Positions 1 to 13,489 of a DNA stretch of 64,000 bases are shown one piece after another (within the stretch, counting starts at the first letter, position 1; each line of letters opens with the position of its first letter). A model generated the notes under the pieces. That model was not told where the DNA came from, searched no databases, and worked only from the letters and a program-made list of their open reading frames with translations. Origin of the DNA: Ylistrum balloti (lineage: Eukaryota); NCBI RefSeq assembly GCF_031769215.1, contig NW_026782542.1, forward strand, positions 558,001-622,000. Reading direction: 5' to 3'. The position numbers and the translations under genes were made by a program.

Positions 1-420
1 CTACACACACAGTCATCAATGCCGCCACGTAAAGAGAGCCCCTGTGTCTTTACAAACCCACTTCCCTGCCATAGTCTTATTATTTTCCATTAAAAATTAC
101 ACAAGATTGTTGAGAATGCATTCTCATACACTAGTCTCCCCGGGTCTCTCCGTCTGAAACGTAAACGAATCAACTGATTTTGTTCTGAAGAAACACGTTT
201 ATGAAATTAAGTCAATATTACAAATAAGTGATAGTATTTAAGATAACACCTTCATGTTTTAATTAACCACCATAGAGAAGAATTATTGCTCTAACGTGTA
301 GATATATATGCACTCCTATATGCCAACCTTGTGGACGCTTTGTACTAACATCAAGAGTTAAATCTCTGTAGAAAGCAATAAATTCATATTAAATACCTGT
401 ACAAACCTCTATAGCATATA

Positions 421-593
421 CAACCGAACCTCGTTATCTCAAACTTGGCGGGTCCACGGGAAACTTCGAGATAGCAGAGTATTCGGGTTAAGTGAGTTCG
501 AATGTTCTGTGAAAAGTTTTTCAGGGACCGACGAAATGCTTCGAATTAAACCAGGTGTTCAGTTATACGAGTTCGAGATAACGATGTTCGCTG
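421..593. mobile_element. Non-autonomous MITE, Tc1/mariner superfamily (pogo/Tigger-like termini), copy 1
   Basis: Imperfect ~20 bp terminal inverted repeats (caaccgaacctcgttatctc ... gagataacgatgttcgctg), TA on both flanks (419-420, 594-595), no ORF; homologous along its length to 5303-5474. Confidence 0.75.
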
Positions 594-3500
594 TATATTA
601 ATGGTAAATGTGGTGACTTACGAACATACCTTTGTAACGGCTACTGCTACTAGATATTTGCGGACTTACTTTCTGGAATAATACATTTATTAACATAAGT
701 ACTGTTATTTAAGCGTAAAAATCAGTGCATTTATGTACTAATGCGTTTAGATGAAAAAGAAATTAAGTATGGTCGAATGCTTACGGGTTGTTTGCAAACA
801 ATTGCTTGATTAGTCCATCATACATGAGCACATATTCGCTAATGATAATGCACTGTTAAGACTATATGTAAAAGAAACCACTTTTTCTGTGTGAAATTGG
901 TAATAAAGAAATTATTTGTAGTGTCTGTTTATTGGCGGTTGTTCACACACTTTGAACAGCGTCAGCTCTGATCATGTTAATTTTAGATATGAATTCAAAT
1001 GCAATTGTTTTTTCGCATGTGTGTTTCTTTTCCACAATCTTTATATATGAGATGTAAGTTTTGTCGGTTTTTAGTCGCCAAGGTCTTTCCCAATTCTGCT
1101 TTCTATGTTTAAATTCTTACTGGGCTTGAATGATGCGCATTAATACTTTGTACAAATGCGTAAATATATATATTGTTTTGAACTTTCCATCTTTCGGCCA
1201 ATCTTGCATCACTCCTTTTGACGACAAAGTTGCTTGCTGTGAATTTGGTCATTATTTGACTCAAGCTGTTTACGTAATAACTGAGTTCAAATCTAGATAT
1301 CTTAGTTGTATGCGATTGTCTTTCATAATTTTCTCTTAATTCTGACACAATAAAATATTCAAAAGTTGCATGTAAACAATTTAGGTATGTGTATATACTC
1401 TAACATTATTGGATAAAGCCATTCAGTATTTGTATATTTCGGAATGTTTCTAGAATATGAAACGAAACTAGCTGATATTCTGTCGAGAACCACACACAAA
1501 CAATACTTTCAAGTAAATCGTTTTTTAGATCAGTAGGTCTGAGATATGAGGATTCCATGCAAAAATTATAGCAGGAACGAGACATTTATATTCAGTGACG
1601 AAACACCATGAAATCCATCATATTTTTTTTCGTCGTTGGTTGAAATACGATATTAACAGTACACATATATAGCACTTAAAACGAGACAGTAGAAGATAAT
1701 TTGGAAAATCGTTTTTGTTAAAATACAGATGAAATAGTGTTCGCTAACCAGGGTTATATGACTTATTGATGTGACACATTGTGTTAGAAAGCGAATTATT
1801 ATTTCATTGTGTTTGTCTCGCACTCGTGGTGTTCGTTCGCGCCTGTACATCAATATTCATACCTGGTTAATCATCGCGTGCTCACGTGCCCAACCAGCCG
1901 CAACGGGTCGATTGGTGCTTGCCTTCTTTTTTTCCTCCTCATTGTTAGAGGTCAATCATACTTTTACGTTCTCATTCTCTCGGATTTGTACCCTGTATCA
2001 CACACAAAACATAATTAGTGCCGAACAGAGGTCATAGGCTAACGGGACGAAGTTTCTTGAAAATAAATTCGTTGAAGCTCTTTATGTAAATTGATGTCTT
2101 GACATTAACCTGTATGACTGAACACGATATCACGTGTAAATTATACGGCATGTTAAGAAGAAGGATGTTCACTTAAGAAACACAAGTAAAATCTCATAAA
2201 AAGTATTAGATACCAATATAATATATGTACATTTGTAAGATGTAAAATTGACATCGTCAAATTAGACACAATGAAAAAGCCAAAAAAAATTTTTTTTCTA
2301 GAAAAGAAGGAAGCAAAATATGGTAAACAGAACGAAAAAGGCAAAAAATAGTCCTAAATGTGTATTATTATGTCTGGGACTAGTTTCACTATTTATCAAC
2401 ACTTTAACGTGGATAAATGATGTTTATTGCTCTCAATTTACAAACGCTACTCCAAGGTTAGATAGGTAGGCCTTAAGGTAGATTGAGGTGTTTTCCAATT
2501 ACAACTGCCACTTCCTAGTCACAGCCGATTCTCAGCATTGTCTGTGTCTGTAGCGTCGTCACTCCGAACGACTGTGCCTTCTATAATTTAAGCAGTAGTC
2601 GTGTTCACGTGACGATACAAAATAACATTCTAGTTACGTAATAAAGATATCTAATTTTTCATAAGTTATTATACAATATTGTGAAAGACAGTTCATTTTA
2701 ATCACGAAGTGGTTGTAACAGTACTGCACTCCAGAATAATTCAAATTGTGACACGATACTAGAAAGATTAATTCAAAGTATCTACACAGATGTCCAAACG
2801 TCAGCCATCACAAGCTGGAGAATCTTGTTCTAAAATGCCTGTTCATATACATATATGTATTGGTTGCAGAATAACAACCGTTGAGATGATATAATTAATT
2901 CCTTGTCCTCTTTATGACCCTGACACTCGATTCGTATGGTCCCATATCAACATTAATGTGTTGTTGTCGACAGCACTGTTTGTTCAATGGCGCTAATCAA
3001 CTACAGCCAAGTTACAACGTCCAAACTAGTAGCCGTAAATTGAGTTTCTACAAACAGCATCAATTTGTATAGAAACATGTAAAGGGGATTTGCAGCATAT
3101 AAACGACAGACAAGATTGTGCTTTCTAACCACTAATTAAACAAATCATGCTATGTCGCCTTAAGTACTAATTTTCGATAAACAAATTAATTTTCATAGAC
3201 GATATATACATTTACATTAACTTATATTCCTTTAACATTTCAGTTATCATTTCCTATCAATGATGTTGATATTTTCTCTGTGTTTCAGCCGAGTCTTTAA
3301 TCAAATATTGATCGTTTCTCTCCGGGTCATTTAATTGTGAATTGTATTTTCTTATATTGGTTTTTTAGAGTTATGGACAAGTCAGGTGTCTTATATATAT
3401 ACATATAAATATATATATTATCATATAATAATAAATTTATTGAGGAATATGCATAGATAGATGGTTTTTAATTCATCATCAAAAGAATGGTGAACAAATA

Positions 3501-4003
3501 TATTATGTACTGCTTGCGCTTCCATCTCAGGGTCGACAGCGGCTGTCTATGACCTAACAATGATATCTCAGCGATTGCGATCGTTACTACCGCCAACAAT
3601 ACGTTCCTGTACAGTAGAAAATGCCTGCTTCTCCCCCTGCTAATGGTATTAACACGTTACATTTATATTTTCTATTGAAGATACTTGATACCATTGTTTC
3701 ACAGTGATAAATTTCAAATGCTAAAGGGCAAAATTTTATGCAGGTATATGAGAAATGAACAAGCAGTAATATTGTTATAACGGTGATCTCGCAGGAACAT
3801 ATCGGCGATAAAGATGGTGGTGACTTCGCCAAGTTTGACAGGGTGGATACTTTCAGTGCTTCTGTAGAAAGCATTTAATAGACGAGGTTAGTGTAGACAG
3901 ATTTGCGCGGATAAAACATTCGGTGACATCAAATAGATAACGTAAATAAATTCGCGGACCTATTATACCATTTCATAGGAACAGGCAACGTAAGTAAATG
4001 GCA

Positions 4004-4487
4004 GAGACTAAATCCGAGATATCTCGTGTCGTAAAGAGAGGCGAAGGTTTTACCCGGAAGACCTCGTGTCGTAGAGGTACGCAGAGACTAGATCGGAGAT
4101 ATCTCGTGTCGTAAAGAGAGGCGAAAGCTTTACCCGGAAGACCTCGTGTCGTAGAGGTACGCAGAGACTAGATCGGAGATATCTCGTGTCGTAAAGAGAG
4201 GCGAAGGCTTTATTCGGAATACTTCGTGTCGTAGAGGAACGCAGAGACTAGATCCGAGATATCTCGTGTCGTAAAGAGAGGCGAAAGCTTTACCCGGAAG
4301 ACCTCGTGTCGTAGAGGTACGCAGAGACTAGATCGGAGATATCTCGTGTCGTAAAGAGAGGCGAAGCTTTATTCGGAATACTTCGTGTCGTAGAGGAACG
4401 CAGAGACTAGATCCGAGATATCTCGTGTCGTAAAGAGAGGCGAAAGCTTTACCCGGAATTCCTCGTGTCGTAGAGGTACGCAGAGAC
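4004..4487. repeat. Tandem array, 6 x 80 bp (each unit = two diverged ~40 bp halves)
   Basis: gagacta restarts at 4004, 4084, 4164, 4244, 4324, 4403 and (partial) 4483; degenerate relatives continue to ~4650. Confidence 0.95.
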
Positions 4488-5302
4488 ATCTTGATTCGAA
4501 AAGGTGAAACGATAAGCGGAGACAAGGTCCGAGATATACACCGTATCGTGTCCTAGACGTAGGCAGAGACTATACCCTAGATATCTTGTCGTAGAGATAG
4601 GTAAGGGAGATAACCCCTTTTACTAAATATCTCGTATTATAGCTAGAATCAGAGATTTTAACAAATGGAGGTGTAGAGATAGATAGTGGACCCTAGGATT
4701 TAAATAATACGCCGTAGAAATGGGCAATGTTGTACTGGGCGTTCTTTTGAAAGTTTAATTCATTATTTAGTTCCACTGTTCCAAATTCTAAATCTATGTT
4801 AAAAGGTTTCGCTGGCGTGTCTTTGGTATAGATGTACCTCTATGAACCAGATATGATGTGTCGTATATTGAAATAATCGATGAAGACTGCTAAAGAAATC
4901 AGCGACGGGCAATATCCGGGGGTTGATGATGTCTTGGCCCAATGCATGCTTGACAGTGTTAGCGATTTAATTACACAACACAAATAAACACTTCACCAGT
5001 TTACATCACACTTCTTATTTATTGCATTTTGTTTGTGCATTAGGATATGGTTGATAACAGTTTGCACAGTGCACGCCTTTCATGTTTCCCTAATTACCGG
5101 AACTAACTATTAAACAAATTAACTTAAGCGGCATTTAAGGGTTCTGCTATCATTGTCTGTACAGTTGGTTGTGTGTTTCTAAAAAGCGACCGTGTATATA
5201 AATATCTAAACGCAGAATGTTTTGAAATAGTATGTACACCCCAAGTTATAAATACACAATATATACAGATACACATATTTTTTTTTAAAGAATCGAGTCA
5301 TA

Positions 5303-5474
5303 CTGTCGAACCTCGTTATTTCGAACCGGGACCATGGCAAAACTTCGAGATAACCAAGTATACGATTTAAGTGAGTTCGGATGTTTTGTTAAAAATTAGG
5401 CAGGGACCAAAGAAATGCTTCGAATTAAATGGAGTCTTCGAGTTATACGAGGTCGGGATACCGAGGTTTGACTA
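5303..5474. mobile_element. Non-autonomous MITE, same family as 421-593, copy 2
   Basis: TIRs ctgtcgaacctcgttatttc ... gggataccgaggtttgacta, flanked by TA (5301-5302, 5475-5476); shared internal segments aaacttcgagata, taagtgagttcg, cagggacc, gaaatgcttcgaattaaa, agttatacgag. Confidence 0.75.
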
Positions 5475-7247
5475 TACATATACTAATATACATATGTTTT
5501 AAAGAATCTCCTCATATCGAGTAATCAATACTCTTATACACGTATACCATTTTATTAATGTTTGTATACATCTCTATACTGAATAGAAGATAGATAAAAC
5601 AATTAGACAGAAGAATCAAATTATACATTCATTTTTAGTATTTACATGTAGAGACACATCGACATATAGGAATAATTTTAAACGTATTCGACATGTGTAT
5701 AAAATATGGTGTATTTGTTTTCACGTCAGTATTAAATGGCGCTATTTACTTGTAAGTCTTTTGTAGAAACTTCGAGATTGCAAGTAGTAGACACTGCTTT
5801 TGAACTTTTTTTTCATCCCGAGGTGTTTCCGTAAACTGCAACATCGCGCTTGTATTCACTCGAATAGTGGCACAGTTCGAAGTATACCCATGTATTTGAC
5901 GTTCTGAAATTATCACATATATGGAAGGTACGAATTTTGTTGAATTGTGGGGCATCCTCCGCTATAGACGTGACATTTATTTCAGTCACTTCTGATTTTT
6001 TCTTAGTTGCCTCTTAAGATTAAAAGCCTAGGCACATAGCATCAAGGTCGAGTTTGGATAAACAGTAACAATTCAAAATTTCAAAAACACTTTATGCATT
6101 CATTGAAATACAATAAGCGAGATACAGTATGTTTATCCGCGCGGTCTTGGCGTCACTGACGGGCACGTTGTCTCCCTAAGAGGTAGCTCTAATCATGTAG
6201 GGTATCAAAGTTCATAACACTATAGAGAATACACATTTTTTCAGTATTGAATCATGTCTATGTAATACGCATTAATTTTATTTGTTTATTTTAAGCCCAC
6301 TAAAAGGTTATTTCAATAACAGATAGTGTAAGCAAGATGATATTGTGATTCTTTTATGATCGAAATAAGAGATTGCCGTTTTTTGGACCTATAAAATGCT
6401 CACTCAAAATTTAGCAATTGAAAATTCATTTTAATTCCGTCGCGGGACCGATCCCCTTAATCACATTCCAACATATTCAAACAAAAAGATGTGAATTTTG
6501 GTTTAATCGATGAAGAAAAAAAAATAATTTAATGTGCTCAGCTACAAAATGGAACTGACAAACGTCCAACAGCCCTCGAAAACGGCATTATTTTTCGGTC
6601 TAATCTGTCGGGTTAAATCTCTTTATGTGCACATGCCAAACCACTTCTCCGTAAATATTACTCAATCGGTGATATATCTGTTTCAAAACATTGCCAACGA
6701 AATTGTTTTACGTAAACGTGTTTTATTCATCGACAGAGTACATTTCCTAAATCGTAATTAAAAATTGTACGGAATTCTAAAATCAGATGGATCGTTGACA
6801 AATTTTATCATCACCGTGGATAATTTAATACTAGTACTATAGATTTCAATAAACTCAATTTTGAAGTTTTCAAAATAAGAAAATGATAAAAAAAAAAAAT
6901 AAAAAATTTTGTTGAGATTAAATTTCCCGGATAAATTTTACAAAAGATCCGCTAGTTCCTTCATCCATGTCAACTTTCTTCTTAGCGGGCATAAAGTTCG
7001 TGGACATAGAGTAGCCCAGAATTAAGCGAAAATTAATTCCCCACGAAATGAATGGTTTTGTTGTATTTATATCAACATGTGCTGGATAAAATATGGTCTT
7101 TGTGAGTATTATTCTTATTTCTTTTCATTTTTTGGTGAATTTTCACCAGTTTATCAGGATAAATGGTGTATATGTTTACACTACAGTTATCATACAGGTG
7201 TCTGTCTAATCAGTCCTTTATCAATCCGGATATTGTGGAGTGCATAA

Positions 7248-10200
7248 TGTGTGTCGTATGTCCAGTGTGGTATGGTATTGTGAGGTAGATGGTTTGTGGT
7301 ATGGTATTGTGAGGTAGATGGTTTGTGGTATGTCCAGTGTGGTATGGTATTGTGAGGTTGATGGTTTGTGGTATGGTATTGTGAGGTTGATGGTTTGTGG
7401 TATGTCCAGTGTGGTATGGTATTGTGAGGTTGATGATGTGTGGTATGGTATTGTGAGGTTGATGGTTTGTGGTATGTCCAGTGTGGTATGGTATTGTGAG
7501 GTTGATGGTGTGTGGTATGGTATTGTGAGGTTGATGGTTTGTGGTATGTCAAGTGTGGTATGGTATTGTGAGGTTGATTGTTTGTGGTATGTTCAGTGTG
7601 GTATGGTATTGTGAGGTTGATGGTTTGTGGTATGGTATTGTGAGGTTGATGGTTTGTGGTATGGTATTGTGAGGTTGATGGTGTGTGGTATGGTATTGTG
7701 AGGTTGATGGTTTGTGGTATGTCAAGTGTGGTATGGTATTGTGAGGTTGATTGTTTGTGGTATGTCAAGTGTGGTATGGTATTGTGAGGTTGATTGTTTG
7801 TGGTATGTCCAGTGTGGTATGGTATTGTGAGGTTGATGGTGTGTGGTATGGTATTGTGAGGTTGATGGTTTGTGGTATGTCCAGTGTGGTATGGTATTGT
7901 GAGGTTGGTGGTTTGTGGTATGTCCAGTGTGGTATGGTATTGTGAGGTTGATGATGTGTGGTATGGTATTGTGAGGTATTGTGAGGTAGATTGTGAGGTT
8001 GATGGTGTGTGGTATGTCCAGTGTGGTATGGTATTGTGAGGTTGATGGTTTGTGGTATGTCCAGTGTGGTATGGTATTGTGAGGTTGATGGTGTGTGGTA
8101 TGGTATTGTGAGGTTGATGGTTTGTGGTATGTCAAGTGTGGTATGTTATTGTGAGGTTGATTGTTTGTGGTATGTCCAGTGTGGTATGGTATTGTGAGGT
8201 TGATGGTGTGTGGTATGTCCAGTGTGGTATGGTATTGTGAGGTTGATGGTTTGTGGTATGTCTAGTGTGGTATGGTATTGTGAGGTTGATGGTTTGTGGT
8301 ATGTCCAGTGTGGTATGGTATTGTGAGGTTGATTATTTGTGGTATGTCCAGTGTGGTATGGTATTGTGAGGTTGATGGTGTGTGGTATGGTATTGTGAGG
8401 TTGATGGTTTGTGGTATGTCCAGTGTGGTATGGTATTGTGAGGTTGATGGTGTGTGGTATTGTATTGTTATTTTAATGGTGTGTGGTATAGTATTGTGAG
8501 GTTGATGGTTTGTGGTATGTCCATTGTGGTATGTTATTGTGAGGTTGATGGTGTGTGGTATGTCCAGTGTGGTATGGTATGTGAGGTTGATGGTTTGTGG
8601 TATGGTATTGTGAGGTTAATGGTTTGTGGTATGCCCAGTGTGGTATAGTATTGTGAGGTTGATGGTTTGTGGTATGTCCAGTGTGGTATGGTATTGTGAG
8701 GTTAATGGTTTGTGGTATGTCCAGTGTGGTATGGGATTGTGAGGTTGATGGTGTGTGGTATTGTATTGTAAGGTTAATGGTGTGTGTTATAGTATTGTGA
8801 GGTTGATGGTTTGTGGTATGGTATTGTGAGGTTAATGGTTTGTGGTATGCCCAGTGTGGTATAGTATTGTGAGGTTGATGGTTTGTGGTATGTCCAGTGT
8901 GGTATGGTATTGTGAGGTTAATGGTTTGTGGTATGTCCAGTGTGGTATGGTATTGTGAGGTTGATGGTTTGTGGTATGTCCAGTGTGGTATGGTATTGTG
9001 AGGTTGATGGTGTGTGGTATGGTATTGTGAGGTTGATGGTTTGTGGTATGTCCAGTGTGGTATGGTATTGTGAGGTTGATGGTGTGTGGTATTGTATTGT
9101 TATTTTAATGGTGTGTGGTATAGTATTGTGAGGTTGATGGTTTGTGGTATGTCCATTGTGGTATGTTATTGTGAGGTTGATGGTGTGTGGTATGTCCAGT
9201 GTGGTATGGTATGTGAGGTTGATGGTTTGTGGTATGTCCAGTGTGGTATGGTATTGTGAGGTTAATGGTTTGTGGTATGTCCAGTGTGGTATGGGATTGT
9301 GAGGTTGATGGTGTGTGGTATTGTATTGTAAGGTTAATGGTGTGTGGTATAGTATTGTGAGGTTGATGGTTTGTGGTATGTCCAGTGTGGTATGGTATTG
9401 TGAGGTTGATGGTTTGTGGTATGTCCAGTGTGGTATGGTATTGTGAGGTTGATGGTGTGTGGTATGGTATTGTGAGGTTGATGGTTTGTGGTATGTCAAG
9501 TGTGGTATGTTATTGTGAGGTTAATGGTTTGTGGTATGTCCAGTGTGGTATGGTATTGTGAGGTTGATGGTGTGTGGTATGTCCAGGGTGGTATGGTATT
9601 GTGAGGTTGATGGTTTGTGGTATGTCTAGTGTGGTATGGTATTGTGAGGTTGATGGTTTGTGGTATGTCCAGTGTGGTATGGTATTGTGAGGTTGATTAT
9701 TTGTGGTATGTCCAGTGTGGTATGGTATTGTGAGGTTGATGGTGTGTGGTATGGTATTGTGAGGTTGATGGTTTGTGGTATGTCCAGTGTGGTATGGTAT
9801 TGTGAGGTTGATGGTGTGTGGTATTGTATTGTTATTTTAATGGTGTGTGGTATAGTATTGTGAGGTTGATGGTTTGTGGTATGTCCATTGTGGTATGTTA
9901 TTGTGAGGTTGATGGTGTGTGGTATGTCCAGTGTGGTATGGTATGTGAGGTTGATGGTTTGTGGTATGGTATTGTGAGGTTAATGGTTTGTGGTATGCCC
10001 AGTGTGGTATGATGGTATTGTGAGGTTGATGGTTTGTGGTATGTCCAGTGTGTGGTATTGTGAGGTTAATGGTTTGTGGTATGTCCAGTGTGGTATGGGA
10101 TTGTGTGTGGTGTGTGGTATTGTATTGTAAGGTTAATGGTGTGTGGTATAGTATTGTGAGGTTGATGGTTTGTGGTATGTCCAGTGTGGTATGTTATTGT

Positions 10201-10714
10201 GAGGTTGATGGTGTGTGGTATGTCCAGTGTGGTATGGTATTGTGAGGTTGATGGTTTGTGGTATGTCCAGTGTGGTATGGTATTGTGAGGTTAATGGTTT
10301 GTGGTATGTCCAGTGTGGTATGGTATTGTGAGGTTGATGGTTTGTGGTATGTCCAGTGTGGTATGGTATTGTGTGGTTGATGGTTTGTGGTATGTCCAGT
10401 GTGGTATGGTATTGTGAGGTTGATGGTTTGTGGTATGTCCAGTGTGGTATGGTATTGTGAGGTTGATGGTTTGTGGTATGTCCAGTGTGGTATGGTATTG
10501 TGAGGTTAATGGTTTGTGGTATGTCCAGTGTGGTATGGTATTGTGAGGTTAATGGTTTGTGGTATGTCCAGTGTGGTATGGTAATGTGAGGTTGATGGTT
10601 TGTGGTATGTCCAGTGTGGTATGGTATTGTGAGGTTGGTGGTTTGTGGTATGCCCAGTGTGGTATGGTATTGTGAGGTTGGTGGTTTGTGGTATGTCCAG
10701 TGTGGTATGGTATT
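7248..10714. repeat. ~3.5 kb GT-rich satellite built from 29 bp (gtggtatggtattgtgaggttgatggttt) and 14 bp (gtggtatgtccagt) modules; commonest unit 43 bp
   Basis: Directly visible; extreme strand skew (almost no C on +). All ORFs between 7190 and 10885 are largely translations of this array. Confidence 0.98.
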
Positions 10715-12754
10715 ATGTCTAATTCTATTGGTCGAATTAACGTCACCACGAAGTCGTATTTTTTCTGTAACGACATAATTCAATGTAACCAAGTTATGTG
10801 TTATTATACGGTTTGGTAGCTGAGATCTCGGTTTGCTACTAACTAAACACGACACAAATCCGTAATGCTCTGGAAATCTCTTCATAAAAACGACAACATA
10901 ACAATAAGATCAAATCAGAACACGAGGGATTACGAAACATCGGAAACTATAAACTGTGACTATTCAACATTGCGTGTGTAGAAGCCGCTGTTCAAATATC
11001 AAATAATTGTTCTCAATGTCAATAATTGATTACTTGATTCATTAAAAAAATTGAAAAATAACCAAAATAAAAAATAAAAATAAACTCAACACGCACCAAT
11101 ACCTTTGTAATTGACCAGTCTATAGATACCATATACAAGTTTAAAAATCTGTCTTCTTATTGTACGTAACACGGTTGACGTCATCGTTACATGTGATTAT
11201 CGACGTCTTCGTTCAATAAATTGAGATCTCTCTGAATGTTTTAACTTTTAAATAAAACATTGAAGTCCTTTTATCATATCACATCAACAAGCTGATTTTA
11301 AATTTAAAATTAAAAAAATAATTATTCTAAGCTTGTGTAAAAGTATCAAATATGAGAACACGATTCTCACATCTTACAAAGTGACGTGAAAAAAAAAAAA
11401 AAAAAACGTAGATCACACATGTAGAATTTAATTCTACGAAACGTGAAGATTTTGTCCCGAAGAATTCCTCGGTTCATTTTGATCCGTTTGGTGTCCCAGC
11501 ATGCTTGCATGTAAACGGCAGATTACATTAGACTAATGCTGTGTTTTCTAAATTCAATGAGAACATTCCATGACAGAGGTAACTCCAGTATTCTCTCTAT
11601 ACTATTAGACCAACCAAGCTTACGTGGTACTTAGCATTTGTGTTTAAGTCCGACCACCACAAGCCTTCAATACTACAGACAAATAAATTGTCCATTTTCC
11701 TCTCCAAAAGCCAAACACATTCAACAACTTGCGAGCTGGCAAGGAATTATGTGCCTAATCTATCTATTGTGACATATACCCTAGAAAAAATGGTGTCGGC
11801 CAATTTTGAGGAGAAATAAACCTGTTATATTTTTGTATATGAATCCCCGTGGATGAAAGTTTTGGCTCGCGCGTTATGTACATATATACAGAGTTACAAG
11901 ATAAAGTGACATCAGCTGACAGGTCAAGGTAGTCACATGTTTTAGCGATGTCACCCATCAAACATAAAAATTACAAGTAACAACATGAAATATAGCACGT
12001 TTTTGTTTCCAAGGCTGAAAGAATCAAACTCCTATCAAACTATATTCCGTGTATCACAATATACCTTATGCTTTAAAACTTGGTGATTCCGTGCCTCTGA
12101 AACTCTTCAGACATATTCAATAGATTGCATCACACTCTAACTGGGGATATCCCTCTTAGTGTCAGATGGTCACGAACCAGAAAGGTGTTAAACCTACACG
12201 ACGAGGAACTGACACACCAATCGGCTTTCTGTGTAACTTAATTTATTCCATCTGTATCAATGAAAAATAGAACAGGATTTTAAAAGACGTCACTTAACAC
12301 TCACATTACTAGGATGAGTCGGTGTTGTCAGTGTTAAGGTGATGAAGATCCTCTTTGGCACTAAGATCCATATTTATCCAAAACGTTTAAATAGACTCCA
12401 TCACTTCACATACGCATGCGTGACACGTGCTGAAGTTAAGAACTGCTTTCAATCTTTAAAAAAAGTGTTTAATATCAATCACTTGTCGTTTAAAAAAAGT
12501 TATTAAATTCAATAATAAAAATAAACAAACACACAGATGACGAATATAATTAAAAATTTGGTAGCAACGTTAAACAAACAAACAGACGGAGTACTTATAG
12601 ATGTACTGGGGCGAAGCCAAAACATCGGGCACTTCTGGAAATAAAAGAAAAACAATTTACTAAAAAAAATGTACCTGCAGTATATGTTACAATGCTGTTA
12701 CACGATAGTCTCTATGGCATATTCCACAGAAAACGGCAATCATTTTACACTTTA

Positions 12755-12850
12755 TCGATGGCGCAGTGGTAACGCACTCGTCTTTTACCTAGACCTTCAG
12801 GGAAAGACTTCCCGAACGGGCGTAAAAGGGTATGGGGTCACCTGCCTGAT
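12755..12850 (+). mobile_element. tRNA-derived SINE head remnant (same family as 15988-16094 and 16890-17078)
   Basis: A-box-like tggcgcagtggtaa followed by cgcactcgtcttttacc and gggtatggggtcacctgcc, shared with the two minus-strand copies. Confidence 0.6.
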
Positions 12851-13489
12851 TACATAGCCGCCTCCTAACCCTCCCCCCTCCTCTACTGCTCCAACGCCCA
12901 GACTACTACGAGCTTACACCGGGACAACATGAGTGATTAATATAAGTTGGAACTTCATTGAAATAAAAACAGTTGAATTCAAAATTTAAAATTATATTAC
13001 ATTAGATATCGGCTACAGGGCTGTAGAGGGATACAGATTAATAAAAATTGAGCTTTACAATTGTCACGATAATTTGATATGAAACTATTAAATTTCATTG
13101 TACTAAGTTTGCTGTTTTTGATGTTCAACTGTATGCACCCACGGTGCAAATTGTGGTAACTTTTAATTATATGTTTTGACCCTGAGGTACAGTCCGGGTG
13201 TTGTGAATGAAACAAGAGACGTATGCATTTTTAAAAATTGTTTTATCACTATTTTGATCAATTGAAGTCGGAATAAGGTTTTTGATTAAAAGTCGATATT
13301 CTGTCTTAATTGCGTATTTGTTGTTTTGTGTTCTATTGTTGGAGTAATATAACTGACCTCCTATCACTTAGATTCATTTCATATTAATCAATTTTAATCA
13401 TTGCAGATTTACCTGTAGGTAAAATAATTTAGATGATATCAATACATTTAGAGTGGACCTGACGTCAATAATTTTTCAACGAACTTATA

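Noticed and set aside
111-126. Perfect 16 bp palindrome TGAGAATGCATTCTCA
   Set aside because: Isolated, no associated feature; not a heat-shock element spacing; insufficient to call a function.
4004-4487. CRISPR-like look (constant word alternating with other sequence)
   Set aside because: The intervening sequences are themselves repeated, not unique spacers; no cas genes; eukaryotic context.
7248-10714. Telomeric repeat
   Set aside because: TG-rich, but no (TTAGGG)n or other short perfect telomeric unit.
7190-10885. Long His/Thr/Pro-rich (minus) and Cys/Val/Trp-rich (plus) ORFs up to 250 aa
   Set aside because: Translations of the GT satellite; module lengths 14, 29 and 43 are not multiples of 3 and frames shift constantly.
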